Of a DNA stretch of 64,000 nucleotides, positions 9,283 to 18,652 are shown piece after piece. This DNA is from a virus (lineage: Duplodnaviria; Caudoviricetes). Made by a program: the position numbers and the translations under genes. The stretch lies in the IMG/VR virus record IMGVR_UViG_3300035208_004206, positions 8,727 to 72,726 of that record. One strand, 5' to 3'. The stretch's first letter is position 1. The number at the start of each line of letters is the position of its first letter. The notes under the pieces are model-generated. The model saw nothing but the letters and a program-made list of their open reading frames with translations. It did not search any database and was not told where the DNA came from.

Positions 9283-10431
9283 ATGAGTAACATCGAAAGA
9301 AAGCTGGCGACGATTCAGAGAATTGAAAGTGTTGGTCCAATAGCTGGGGCTGACGCGATCGAGCGGATCACCGTGAAGGGATGGGAGCTTGTTGCAAAGA
9401 AAGGGGAGTTCAAAGAAGGGGATCTCTGTGTGTTTTTCGAGATCGATAGTCTTCTGCCCGATGCACCGATCTTCGAGTTTATGAGATCGCGTAAGTTCCG
9501 CGTGAAGACGATCAAGCTCCGCGGCCAGGTGTCACAGGGTCTTGCGTTGCCGATCAAGGAGATCAATGACGCATTCCCGAAGACGAACGGTTTCATGTCT
9601 GGTCTTTATACTCCCGGCAGTGATCTCACTGCTGAGATCGGTGTGACTAAATGGGAACCTGGTGGTGGGGTTGACAATGATCCGAAGCAGAAAAAGCGGT
9701 CGTGGTTCCGTCTGTTCTTCGGTCGATTGCTCTATGGCAGAAACTATGTGTCTGGTGGGTCATACGATTTTCCCACGCACCTTGTGAGCAAGACGGATGA
9801 GGAGCGTGTTCAGAATGTTCCAGGTATTGCTACAAAGCATATGGGTGAACGGTGCTACGTCACCGAGAAGGTCGATGGCCAGAGTGCAACGTACCTTCTT
9901 ATCGAAAGCCGTTTTCTCTGGATGAAGAAGCTGAAGTATGCTGTGTGCTCTCGTAACCGCATGACGCTCAGCCCAGAGAAGGTGAGTAAGAATTTTCGTG
10001 GGCACATTGCAGCTGGGAAAGAATCCAAGATAGAAGATGTTCTTAGATTTCATTTTCAGTCAACAGGTGAGGTCGTCGCAATTCAGGGCGAGGTCATCGG
10101 ACCGGACGTGCAGAAGAACAAGTACGGCCGGGACGGGTACTCCCTGCGCGTCTTCAACGTGCACTCGGTCACGAAGGGGAAGCCGTACAACTTCGATGAG
10201 ATGGTGGTGTTCTGTAAGAAGTATGACCTATTAACTGTCCCGATAAATGATTCACCGATGACCCTCACCCTTTCTCCCGAAATGGATGTGAAGTTCTTTA
10301 TCGACATGTCGAAGGGCAAGTCGAAGCTTGCGGACATTCAGCGGGAGGGGATAGTCATCCGTTCCACTACTCGGCCGAACATCAGCTTCAAGGCGATTAA
10401 CCCCGACTTCTTGATTAAGTGGGATGAGTAA
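9283..10431 (+). CDS. ATP-dependent RNA ligase, DRB0094/Rnl2-like family
   Basis: N-terminal OB module (KLATIQRI...ADAIE...KKGEFKEGDLCVFFEIDSLLP), KTDEERVQN, motif I TEKVDG, QGE, REGIV, SFKAIN. Confidence 0.9.
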   Translation: MSNIERKLATIQRIESVGPIAGADAIERITVKGWELVAKKGEFKEGDLCVFFEIDSLLPDAPIFEFMRSRKFRVKTIKLRGQVSQGLALPIKEINDAFPKTNGFMSGLYTPGSDLTAEIGVTKWEPGGGVDNDPKQKKRSWFRLFFGRLLYGRNYVSGGSYDFPTHLVSKTDEERVQNVPGIATKHMGERCYVTEKVDGQSATYLLIESRFLWMKKLKYAVCSRNRMTLSPEKVSKNFRGHIAAGKESKIEDVLRFHFQSTGEVVAIQGEVIGPDVQKNKYGRDGYSLRVFNVHSVTKGKPYNFDEMVVFCKKYDLLTVPINDSPMTLTLSPEMDVKFFIDMSKGKSKLADIQREGIVIRSTTRPNISFKAINPDFLIKWDE

Positions 10432-10441
10432 GGAGGATACC

Positions 10442-10858
10442 ATGTTTTGGAATTTGACAGATGAAGAACAGATTGTACGGAAGATTTTGAAGCTTGAAGA
10501 TCCAAAGGACTTTTATAGAAAGAAACTCATGAAGAACTTGAAAAATCCTTCTATAGAAAATCAAGATCTTACCAGACAACTTGGTCAAACTACAACCATG
10601 TTAGTGTGTGCAGTTGCCGCAGCTATTCGGGGTGAAACGGTTTGTCTTGTTGGTGCGAATGAACATATGGATGAAGACCTCATGCATATGTTCAAAATGA
10701 TGATGAATTCGGTTGGTAATGATTGGCACAAAAAGATTGTACTAAACCGTCTGACCAATCGGCAGATGAGTAGTATTAAGAAGTTTGTTGATCACACTGT
10801 GATGCCACAGTTTGGTCACCGCAGAATATTACAATATGCAAAAGAGGGGTGGATGTGA
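10442..10858 (+). CDS. Hypothetical protein with degenerate P-loop-like segment
   Basis: AGGAGG RBS; RQLGQTT segment. Confidence 0.7.
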   Translation: MFWNLTDEEQIVRKILKLEDPKDFYRKKLMKNLKNPSIENQDLTRQLGQTTTMLVCAVAAAIRGETVCLVGANEHMDEDLMHMFKMMMNSVGNDWHKKIVLNRLTNRQMSSIKKFVDHTVMPQFGHRRILQYAKEGWM

Positions 10859-11052
10859 TGGAAAAACATAAATTAGAACAAGTTTTACTTTGGATTAAAG
10901 TTCTTTTACTTACTTTGATTCCATCATTATTTGTTGGGTTCTTTTTTGGAGTAGGTCTTTTTGTAGGAGTAGGCGCTTTTATGTCATTTGTGTCTGCTTG
11001 CTTATACATGGATAAAATTGATCCGCCGAATGAAGATTTCAATAGTCTTTAA
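10858..11052 (+). CDS. Small membrane protein
   Basis: Long hydrophobic stretch, probably two transmembrane helices; AT-rich. Confidence 0.6.
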   Translation: MEKHKLEQVLLWIKVLLLTLIPSLFVGFFFGVGLFVGVGAFMSFVSACLYMDKIDPPNEDFNSL

Positions 11053-11087
11053 TTATAAAAGTTTGAAAACCCTTAAGGAGATGAGTG

Positions 11088-11495
11088 ATGGAAAAGATTG
11101 AACGTCTTACAGATCTTCAGTGGGATACCTGCTGGATGGCGATACGATATGCAATGGGTCGGAGATCGATCGCATCGGCTTCTCTCCCCAACCAGATCGT
11201 GCAGGAATATTACAACAAGATCGGTGAGGGTCGAAAGTCTCTGATCGCTCGTGACCTTCAGCAGTTCCTTGATGATGGTGGTCAGTTCGGTGATCCGGGT
11301 ATTGATGATGTGATATGGTTCAAGTTTCTTGCTGCGATGAAGTTCCGAGATCATAAGGAGATCACCACCATCGATGGAAGCAAGGTTGTGGTGTTCAAAG
11401 CCAATGGTCGGGTGTACCCCCTCGAGCAGTATGTTAAAAACCCCTGGATCGAATGTTTCATACCCAAAGAGAACATCGCTTCTTGGGCTCAGTAA
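11088..11495 (+). CDS. Hypothetical protein
   Basis: AAGGAG RBS; WMAIRYAMGRRS motif. Confidence 0.75.
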   Translation: MEKIERLTDLQWDTCWMAIRYAMGRRSIASASLPNQIVQEYYNKIGEGRKSLIARDLQQFLDDGGQFGDPGIDDVIWFKFLAAMKFRDHKEITTIDGSKVVVFKANGRVYPLEQYVKNPWIECFIPKENIASWAQ

Positions 11496-11525
11496 ATACA
11501 AGCGAATCCTAAAAGGAGAAGATGA

Positions 11526-12023
11526 ATGGGTAGTCCCAACACAGAAACACCGGTCCAGCAGAAAACAATCGAGTCTTATGTGAAACATGCAAAGCGGGCA
11601 AACACTTATGAGCGGGCGACAAGAATGCTTTGCAACGATGAGATCGTTGTGTGGGAATGCCCCAAGTGTGATGCAAAGTTCTCCTTCACCGAGGGCGTTG
11701 AAGTTCCAAAAGGAACAAAGTGCCCCTTCTGTAAGGTTGACATCATCAAGTCAAAGAAGGGGATCGATCGTCGGAAAGATCTGGAGAAGGTTGTCAAAGA
11801 AGATAAAGACCTTGCAGAACCCGATCATGCTGTGATCCTTGTGGTCAAGGGTGGTCACATGCCCTCAGAACTCGCCCAGAAAATGCTTGCGACGTCTGAT
11901 CTTGTTGGTCAGACAGATGTGATCTGGGCAGACAAGGATGACCCTCTTCCGGTCCCCCGTCTTGAATTCACCGATGGAACGGTCCTCAGCGGCAACGCTC
12001 TCATGAAAAGACTCCGGTCGTAA
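11526..12023 (+). CDS. Hypothetical protein with Zn ribbon
   Basis: CPKC...CPFC; TAAATA element at 11493. Confidence 0.75.
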   Translation: MGSPNTETPVQQKTIESYVKHAKRANTYERATRMLCNDEIVVWECPKCDAKFSFTEGVEVPKGTKCPFCKVDIIKSKKGIDRRKDLEKVVKEDKDLAEPDHAVILVVKGGHMPSELAQKMLATSDLVGQTDVIWADKDDPLPVPRLEFTDGTVLSGNALMKRLRS

Positions 12024-12028
12024 TCCCC

Positions 12029-12034
12029 TAAATA
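12029..12034 (+). promoter_or_regulatory. T4-like late promoter element TAAATA
   Basis: Intergenic; heads the 12066-15295 gene run, which includes neck and wedge genes. Confidence 0.65.
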
Positions 12035-12065
12035 TCTTCGGACGTTTTCACACCGGAGGTTCAGA

Positions 12066-12935
12066 ATGGTCAGAAAGAACGGTCTCAAGAAAGGCGAGAT
12101 ATTCGAAGCACTCAACAGTGGTGTCACTGGCGTCTTGACCAGACCCATGGTCGAGGACTTTGAGCCGACGGCAGATTACTGGTCTCCTGAGATCGCAGAG
12201 CTTGATGATGCGACCCGACAAAGTGTTGGTATTGATGCTCCACATGCAGCTTTCATTCCCGCTGTTGACAAGGATGATATTGAAGCAATCATTGGAAAGT
12301 CCAGTCGTGCTGGTGCGGGAAACGTCAGATTCCTCCGTGTTGATGCGAACGTGTTTGCGGTGTGTGATAATCATGATGAGCTTGGTCTTGCACTTGAAGC
12401 AGCTCGTGCTGTTCTGCAAGGACCCGCTCTCCCTGTTGCTGAACCTGTGAAACCGTTGAAGGTCGAGGGAAGGATGGCAGATCTTGTGACAAAGCAAATC
12501 GAAAGAGAACATGGGTGGGATGTTGCATACCTCTCAGACGATCAGAAGGAACATATAGTCAGCATTCTTCTTGATACAGATTTCAGAACGACCGCACGTG
12601 ATATTGCAAAAGAACTGGAATTTCATGATGGGAAGATTCCAGCCGTACAAGCAGTTATTGATGCAGCATGGGTAGTTATCAAAGGTTCATTGCGGATGGA
12701 TAAACCTCAAGAGTCAATGCCTGCAGTGGAAGAGAAGAAAGAAGAAGTTCTCAAAGAGCAGATCAGCGTGTCGACAGAGTCTGATCTTCGCAAGCTGAAG
12801 TATTATGCTGGTATCCTTGGCAAGTTCTTCAAACAGCTTGAAGCCAGCAACACCGATGAAGACAAGCGGGCATTGAAGCGGTACAGTGGTTATGTGAACG
12901 ATGCACTTGGAAACCTCAAACGCATCAAGCTGTAA
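12066..12935 (+). CDS. Late hypothetical protein, possibly head-associated
   Basis: Follows TAAATA; IFE/A and LKE sites. Confidence 0.75.
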   Translation: MVRKNGLKKGEIFEALNSGVTGVLTRPMVEDFEPTADYWSPEIAELDDATRQSVGIDAPHAAFIPAVDKDDIEAIIGKSSRAGAGNVRFLRVDANVFAVCDNHDELGLALEAARAVLQGPALPVAEPVKPLKVEGRMADLVTKQIEREHGWDVAYLSDDQKEHIVSILLDTDFRTTARDIAKELEFHDGKIPAVQAVIDAAWVVIKGSLRMDKPQESMPAVEEKKEEVLKEQISVSTESDLRKLKYYAGILGKFFKQLEASNTDEDKRALKRYSGYVNDALGNLKRIKL

Positions 12936-12943
12936 GAGGGTTC

Positions 12944-13543
12944 ATGAAGTTTGATCGGACCATCTTTGAAAAATCTGAACGTGTGATATATGTCCCGTCT
13001 TCTGATATGCTCGCAGACCCTGACTTCGGTGATGTGCCAGTCAGTGTCAACCCAACACTTGGTGATATAATGAAGATGTCTGCCAATCATCATGATGTCA
13101 GAGCAGTGTATATAACAGATGGAACCCTTTATGCTTGGACCGGACCGATTGAACATCACGATCTACCAATACAAGCTGAAGCACATGTGGGTCTTGTAAG
13201 GAGATTTAATCTTTACTTTGCACAGTCTCCGACATTCAATGATTTGTTTGATGTTGATGACGCAGGAAGAGAAATTAAGAAAGCAACTCTTAGCGGTTTG
13301 GTGGTTGCAGAATCTTCATCGAATCATCACATAACAAATATATCTGATATGAAAACATTATACCAGAAGACAAAGACTCATCCTGTTTTCAAAGACGTGT
13401 CATGGTTCAAAGCATACTCAGATAACACCGGAAATAATCAAGGGTATGTTATCAGAACAGAAGACGGTGCAATCGCAAACACCCCAAACAGATGGCATGA
13501 GGAAGAGACAGACGAATTCTTGAAATTCACGGGGAACAGATAA
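12944..13543 (+). CDS. MxFxR-leader paralog family, dispersed member
   Basis: MKFDRTIFE leader; NPT...RAVYITDGTLYAW...EH core. Confidence 0.75.
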   Translation: MKFDRTIFEKSERVIYVPSSDMLADPDFGDVPVSVNPTLGDIMKMSANHHDVRAVYITDGTLYAWTGPIEHHDLPIQAEAHVGLVRRFNLYFAQSPTFNDLFDVDDAGREIKKATLSGLVVAESSSNHHITNISDMKTLYQKTKTHPVFKDVSWFKAYSDNTGNNQGYVIRTEDGAIANTPNRWHEEETDEFLKFTGNR

Positions 13544-14907
13544 TGGTTTTCAATTTCTATAGAAGTACACGAACACAAGCTTTGTATCGGAAGATCCATC
13601 GCAAAGCGACGAAAACCTTTGGTGTTCCCTGCAAGTATCTTCCACTGACAGTCTCAGGTCTTGTTGACCATCTCCTCGGTGAAGATCCAGCTGGAGCATT
13701 CAACGACGCGATCGATGTAAAGCTCATGCTCGAGAATGTTGAATTCTACGAGGGGCAAAACCAACAGTTCGATCGGTACGGTCTCAACCTTCAGGATGAA
13801 ATGCACTTCTCTTGTGAGATTGATTACTTCACCGAACAGACCAGCCTTGTGAGACCACAAGAGGGTGACGTGATCGCTTTCATGTTGGGTGATGCAAACA
13901 TCAAGTGGAACCCAAACTTCAAAGGGTATGAACTGTATAAGGTCACCGGGGTTCAACCAAAACAGAAGTTCTTCCAGTTCGGCACCCTCTATGTGTATGA
14001 TCTCTTCTGTGAGAAGTTCACATACTCTGGTGAAGATTTTGCAACCGGCGATGACATCATTGACAGTGCTGCTGGTGCGATGGCCGAAGCAGCAGAGAAC
14101 GCTGGAGACAATGCTGCGATCGAAGCTGCAGACATCAATGGTCCTGAATACTTTGACAACGTTGATGGTGAGTTCAAGTATAATCCTGGTGTGACAAAGT
14201 ACGATCCTCAAGATCCTTTGAACCCCGGCACAAATGACATCACCTCTATGTGGTCACTTGATGAGATGCTTCACCACTTCAGGTTTGAAGGGACCACATA
14301 TTCCAGTGGTGACGGTGTTGTTGATTCTGCTGATTCAGAAGATGGCGTCGCTGTTGGGTCCTTCACCGCTGAAGCAAGTGGTTGGGGAAACGTCGGTCGT
14401 TGTGCGGTCTTGACTGGAACACAATATGTTGAGACGGGAATATATCCATCGGTCAGTACGCCGACAATGGCATTCTGGGTGAAGTTCACAACGCTCGCAA
14501 CAGATGCGGTCATTGGCGTTGATGGTTCGGATGCTGGCTTCTATCTTGGTCTTGATGAGGATGGAAACATTGCAGCAGGCTTTGGGGATGGTTCGTGTGG
14601 AAACGGTGAACACAATGTTTTTGCCGGCTGTATTCCCGGAGCATGGTATCGTTTTGTGTTGACATATTCAGTAGAGGAAGAGATCGCTCGTGTATACATC
14701 AATGGGCGATTCATGACACAGTTCACCGCGACCTTTGCATCAGCTTCGTCCATTGCACTTTCGATTGGTGCGTATGATGATGGGACTGGACCAGACAACC
14801 CGATCGCAGCAAGGATCGCAAGCTTCTCTATTGGGGAACGGCACTGGACAGCCGATGATGTCGCGTTTGATTGGAATGCTTCACGTGGTAGAGCAGTAGG
14901 GGTATAA
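13543..14907 (+). CDS. gp14: Neck protein (T4 gp14-like) fused to a C-terminal LamG/concanavalin-like domain
   Basis: FGVPCKYLP, LGEDP, FYEG...FDRYGLNLQDE, PQEGDVI, EKFTYSGE; C-terminal TMAFWVKF...WYRFVLTY...RVYING...LSIGA. Confidence 0.8.
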   Translation: MVFNFYRSTRTQALYRKIHRKATKTFGVPCKYLPLTVSGLVDHLLGEDPAGAFNDAIDVKLMLENVEFYEGQNQQFDRYGLNLQDEMHFSCEIDYFTEQTSLVRPQEGDVIAFMLGDANIKWNPNFKGYELYKVTGVQPKQKFFQFGTLYVYDLFCEKFTYSGEDFATGDDIIDSAAGAMAEAAENAGDNAAIEAADINGPEYFDNVDGEFKYNPGVTKYDPQDPLNPGTNDITSMWSLDEMLHHFRFEGTTYSSGDGVVDSADSEDGVAVGSFTAEASGWGNVGRCAVLTGTQYVETGIYPSVSTPTMAFWVKFTTLATDAVIGVDGSDAGFYLGLDEDGNIAAGFGDGSCGNGEHNVFAGCIPGAWYRFVLTYSVEEEIARVYINGRFMTQFTATFASASSIALSIGAYDDGTGPDNPIAARIASFSIGERHWTADDVAFDWNASRGRAVGV

Positions 14908-14908
14908 T

Positions 14909-15295
14909 ATGCCGTTTGTTGAAAGAACATCAGATCTCTTTTGGGATATTGACATGCAGCTTCGAGTGGTCGCGGGTGATGTTCAGATCATCACTGGGGC
15001 TTCTGCGGTTGCTCAGTCGCTGAAGAACATGCTCGTGCTGAAGAAGTTGTGGGTCCCTAATCAACCAGGAGTGTATGATATTCTGTTTGAAGAGATGAAT
15101 AACCCCCTACAGAACTTCATCAACCTTGAAGAGCTGGGGGAATTCCTGTTGCGTGGTGAACCTCGCTGTGCAACGGTCAGAGTGACAGTTGACAGAGATC
15201 GTTCAAACAGCAAGCTCACGCTCAATGTGTATTTCTCTTTGAAGACCTTTCCGGGGAATGAGTATGCCTTTCCGGTTTTCCTGCGCAGACGTTGA
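14909..15295 (+). CDS. gp25: Baseplate wedge protein (gp25-like)
   Basis: AVAQSLKNML...GVYDILFEEM...EPR...VRVTV; 128 aa. Confidence 0.7.
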   Translation: MPFVERTSDLFWDIDMQLRVVAGDVQIITGASAVAQSLKNMLVLKKLWVPNQPGVYDILFEEMNNPLQNFINLEELGEFLLRGEPRCATVRVTVDRDRSNSKLTLNVYFSLKTFPGNEYAFPVFLRRR

Positions 15296-15350
15296 TCTTC
15301 TCCCGTACAATATTTCGTATATCTACAAACTGTCCTAAGGAGGGACAAGA

Positions 15351-15833
15351 ATGAACAAGGTGAATCTTGGCAAACTTTTCCTCGGGCATTCGCTTGTTGG
15401 TCAGCCGATCATTGGCGAGCTCGATGAGAAGAAAGAATTCCTGCACAATGCTCTCGTCGTGATGCCGTCCCGTCCCCGCACGAAAGAAGAGGCTCTGGCT
15501 CATCAGCAACTCGCTGCTCAGGGTAAGACTCCTCTCGAACTCGCTCCGGTCTTTGCCAGTATGACCCTTGAAAAGTCTGCTGCTCTTTCCGGTGTGCCTG
15601 AAGCGCTTCGGTACGTTGAGGTGAAGTATCCGGTCGATAAACTGGTCACGCTCATTCCGATCGATGACATCGCGCTCGGCCGTGAGCTGAAGAACATGTA
15701 TTTCGAAGCTTTCAACACTCTTCCCGAACCGCCGATCGATGTGACCGACATTGAAGCTGCCGATCGTGCGATGACGGAAAAGCGCAACGTTGAGAAGGCT
15801 GTCAAGGAAGGTTCGAAGCTGGTGGGGATATAA
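15351..15833 (+). CDS. Hypothetical protein
   Basis: AGGAGG RBS; strong core-genome codon usage. Confidence 0.8.
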   Translation: MNKVNLGKLFLGHSLVGQPIIGELDEKKEFLHNALVVMPSRPRTKEEALAHQQLAAQGKTPLELAPVFASMTLEKSAALSGVPEALRYVEVKYPVDKLVTLIPIDDIALGRELKNMYFEAFNTLPEPPIDVTDIEAADRAMTEKRNVEKAVKEGSKLVGI

Positions 15834-15835
15834 CG

Positions 15836-16996
15836 ATGGCGAAATCCAATGCAAAAGCGATGAAGGCAAAGCCGTCTTTCATCTCTAAGGCGGTGGAAGC
15901 ACTCAAGAACCCGTATGCTTCTGTTGCTTCAAACGGCGTCATCTATGACCCCAAGAAGTGGTTCGATCTTGGGTGTTACGTTCTCAATGCTCAGATTAGC
16001 GGGTCGATCTACAGAGGTATCCCTGACAACATGTCGATCATGCTTGCGGGTGAGACCGGTGTTGGTAAGACATTCCTGACCCTTGGTGCTCTTGCCTCTA
16101 TTCAGAAACAAGAAAAGGATGCTGAGGCAATCATCTTTGAGAGTGAAGGTGCGATCAAAACCGCGACCCTCATTTCTCATGGTTGTGATCTTCCTCGTAC
16201 TGCAATGGTACCGGTGCTGACCATCGAGGACTTCACCAATCAGGTCGTCACAACTATGCAGACGTACGAAGCGACACCTGAAAAGGATCGTCCTCAGCTT
16301 GTGTTCGCTCTCGACTCGCTTGGTCTTCTTCCCCCTGCGAAAGAAGCCAAGGATGTCAACGAGGGCAAGAACGCATCTGACATGGGTCTTGCGGCCAAAG
16401 CGATCAAACGTGCATTCAGAAACATTCGTCTCCGTGTTGGTGGTCTCGGGCGTATTCCGTTCATCATCACTCTCCACATCTATGCGAAGCAAGGGACATA
16501 CGTTCCCATGAACGACATTGCAGGTGGACAGGGTCCGAAGTACGCTGGTGATACCATCCTGCTCATCACAAAGTCCCAGGTCAAAGAGGGTGAAGACGGA
16601 TACGACAAAGGTGGCACACGTGTCAAGTGTGTTGCGTGGAAGAGTCGCGACACCCGTCAACGTACCGCGATCGAGTTCGTCATCGACTTCGCAAAAGGCG
16701 TGACGAAGTACAGCGGTCTCTTTGAATTCTGTGAGAAACACAAGCTCATCGAAAAGGTCGGGAACCGTTATCGCTTTGGTGAAGGTGAGCCGAAGTTCCG
16801 CAAAGAGATCTATTCGAATCCCGAAGGTTTCTTCACGAAGGAAGTCCTTGATCAGATCGATGTTTTCTGCGGGAAATACTTCAACTACGGAGAATCGCTC
16901 ATCGATATTCCGCTTGAAGATCTTGGCATTGATGAGAACACCGCGGCAGCTCTTGCTGAAGCTGAAGCCGCACTCAGTGCTGATGGTGACGAGTAA
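15836..16996 (+). CDS. uvsX: RecA-like recombinase UvsX
   Basis: LNAQISGS, AGETGVGKT, FESEG, DSLG, SDMG, AGGQGPKYA motifs. Confidence 0.92.
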   Translation: MAKSNAKAMKAKPSFISKAVEALKNPYASVASNGVIYDPKKWFDLGCYVLNAQISGSIYRGIPDNMSIMLAGETGVGKTFLTLGALASIQKQEKDAEAIIFESEGAIKTATLISHGCDLPRTAMVPVLTIEDFTNQVVTTMQTYEATPEKDRPQLVFALDSLGLLPPAKEAKDVNEGKNASDMGLAAKAIKRAFRNIRLRVGGLGRIPFIITLHIYAKQGTYVPMNDIAGGQGPKYAGDTILLITKSQVKEGEDGYDKGGTRVKCVAWKSRDTRQRTAIEFVIDFAKGVTKYSGLFEFCEKHKLIEKVGNRYRFGEGEPKFRKEIYSNPEGFFTKEVLDQIDVFCGKYFNYGESLIDIPLEDLGIDENTAAALAEAEAALSADGDE

Positions 16997-17054
16997 TCTT
17001 CACTTGCGTTTTTCCTCTGTAAAAATAGAGTAGACCTACCCACAACTTATCAAA

Positions 17055-17088
17055 AAGGGTTGTCTGAAGTGTACTTTGGATGACCCTT
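17055..17088 (+). terminator. 15-bp RNA hairpin after uvsX (terminator or processing signal)
   Basis: AAGGGTTGTCTGAAG pairs with CTTTGGATGACCCTT, including four G-U pairs; TGTA loop. Confidence 0.5.
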
Positions 17089-17212
17089 CTTCTGTAAATA
17101 TTTGGCATGAGGTGTTTGATGAAGATGACCAATAACAATTCTCGCTTGTCACCCCCGTAGTTCGTAGAATACTTGGTGAAGAACCGGTTTACGAAACCCA
17201 GACGGAGGAGTC

Positions 17213-18631
17213 ATGCCGAGGAAATTTGAACATTTTGATTTTGAAGAGCTTGTGCTTTTCTTCTTATTAAATTCTCCGGAGTTCAGAACAGTTGCTACAC
17301 CAAAGTTGGATCCTCGTATGTTCTCACTTGAGGGTCTTGATGTTCTCTTTGCTAAGGTAGCAGAACGTCACTCAGCAGGAGATGCAGACATCTCGATGAG
17401 TTCTGTTTGGATGGATGCAAAGCCTGTCCTCGCCAAAGATAAAGATGTCGCCAAAGCCATTGCTTTGACATTCGATCGCATGGTCGAAGCTGCAGACGAT
17501 CTGACCAAAGAACTGTCCCAGGATTACATGGTCAAGGAAACAGAGAAGTGGGCGAGACGTCGTGCTCTCGAGGGTGCGGTGTTCGAAGCTTCGAAGATCA
17601 TTGAGTCGGATGGTGACAAGAGTTTGCTTCCAGATCTTTTCAATCGTGCTCTTTCCATAACAATGAATGACAAGCTCGGTCTTGGATACGCTACAAGTGG
17701 CGACGATCGGTTTGAAGCATACAAACATCGCGAGGATAAAATCCCCTCGGCCATTGAGAAGATCAACTTCCTCACAGACGGTGGTTTCAGTCGCAAGTCT
17801 CTGAACGTGTGGATGGCCGGGACCGGTATTGGTAAGACGGCGATCATGTGTTCTCGTGCGGCAGACTATCTTCGCTCGGGTTACAACGTTCTCTACATCA
17901 CACTCGAGATCAGTGAAATCCAGATCGCACAGAGAATTGATGCGAACATCCTTGATGTCCCGATTCGTGAATTGCGGTCAACCCCTACTGATAGCCTTGT
18001 CTCTCGTTGGAAATCCTTCCTGAACAATCCTAAGCGTCCAGGGGAGCTGAAGATCAAGGAGTTCGCTTCGGGGTACACAACAACCGCCCACATCAAAGCT
18101 TTGATGAAGGAATATAAACAGAAACACGGGTTCATTCCTGATGTGGTCTTTATAGATTACCTCAACCTCCTGATGCCTACAAGACGTTCGGGAAAGGATG
18201 CGGCGGGTTGGCAGACAGTTCAGTATGCTGCCGAAGAGGTTCGGGGTATTGGTACAGAATGGAATATCGTTATCGAGACAGCAACACAGACAACACGTGA
18301 AGGACAGGACAGTACAGACCTTGCTCTTCGGGACACATCGGAATCAATGGGTCTTCCGAAGACTTCTGATTTCTATTGTGCGGCTTATCAGACACCAGAG
18401 CAGAGAGAAGAAGGTCTGCTTATATTCAAGGTACTGAAGAACAGATACTCTGAGTTTGTGAATTACAAGTTTGCGCTTGCAATGGATTATCCGAAGATGA
18501 GACTGTCTCAGCTTTCCAATGAAGATGAGAACAACACAAGATCGCTGGTGCAGAGACCTCAACCCGGAGAACAAAGTTCCCCCGAGTCACCGATCAGAGA
18601 ACGGAAACCATACAGACGACCAATGAGATAA
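17213..18631 (+). CDS. gp41: Replicative DNA helicase (gp41/DnaB-like)
   Basis: AGTGIGKT, YITLE, FIDYLNL, TATQTTR, ESMGLP and VLKNRY motifs. Confidence 0.93.
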   Translation: MPRKFEHFDFEELVLFFLLNSPEFRTVATPKLDPRMFSLEGLDVLFAKVAERHSAGDADISMSSVWMDAKPVLAKDKDVAKAIALTFDRMVEAADDLTKELSQDYMVKETEKWARRRALEGAVFEASKIIESDGDKSLLPDLFNRALSITMNDKLGLGYATSGDDRFEAYKHREDKIPSAIEKINFLTDGGFSRKSLNVWMAGTGIGKTAIMCSRAADYLRSGYNVLYITLEISEIQIAQRIDANILDVPIRELRSTPTDSLVSRWKSFLNNPKRPGELKIKEFASGYTTTAHIKALMKEYKQKHGFIPDVVFIDYLNLLMPTRRSGKDAAGWQTVQYAAEEVRGIGTEWNIVIETATQTTREGQDSTDLALRDTSESMGLPKTSDFYCAAYQTPEQREEGLLIFKVLKNRYSEFVNYKFALAMDYPKMRLSQLSNEDENNTRSLVQRPQPGEQSSPESPIRERKPYRRPMR

Positions 18632-18652
18632 ACCCAAAACAGGAGGTTCCGC

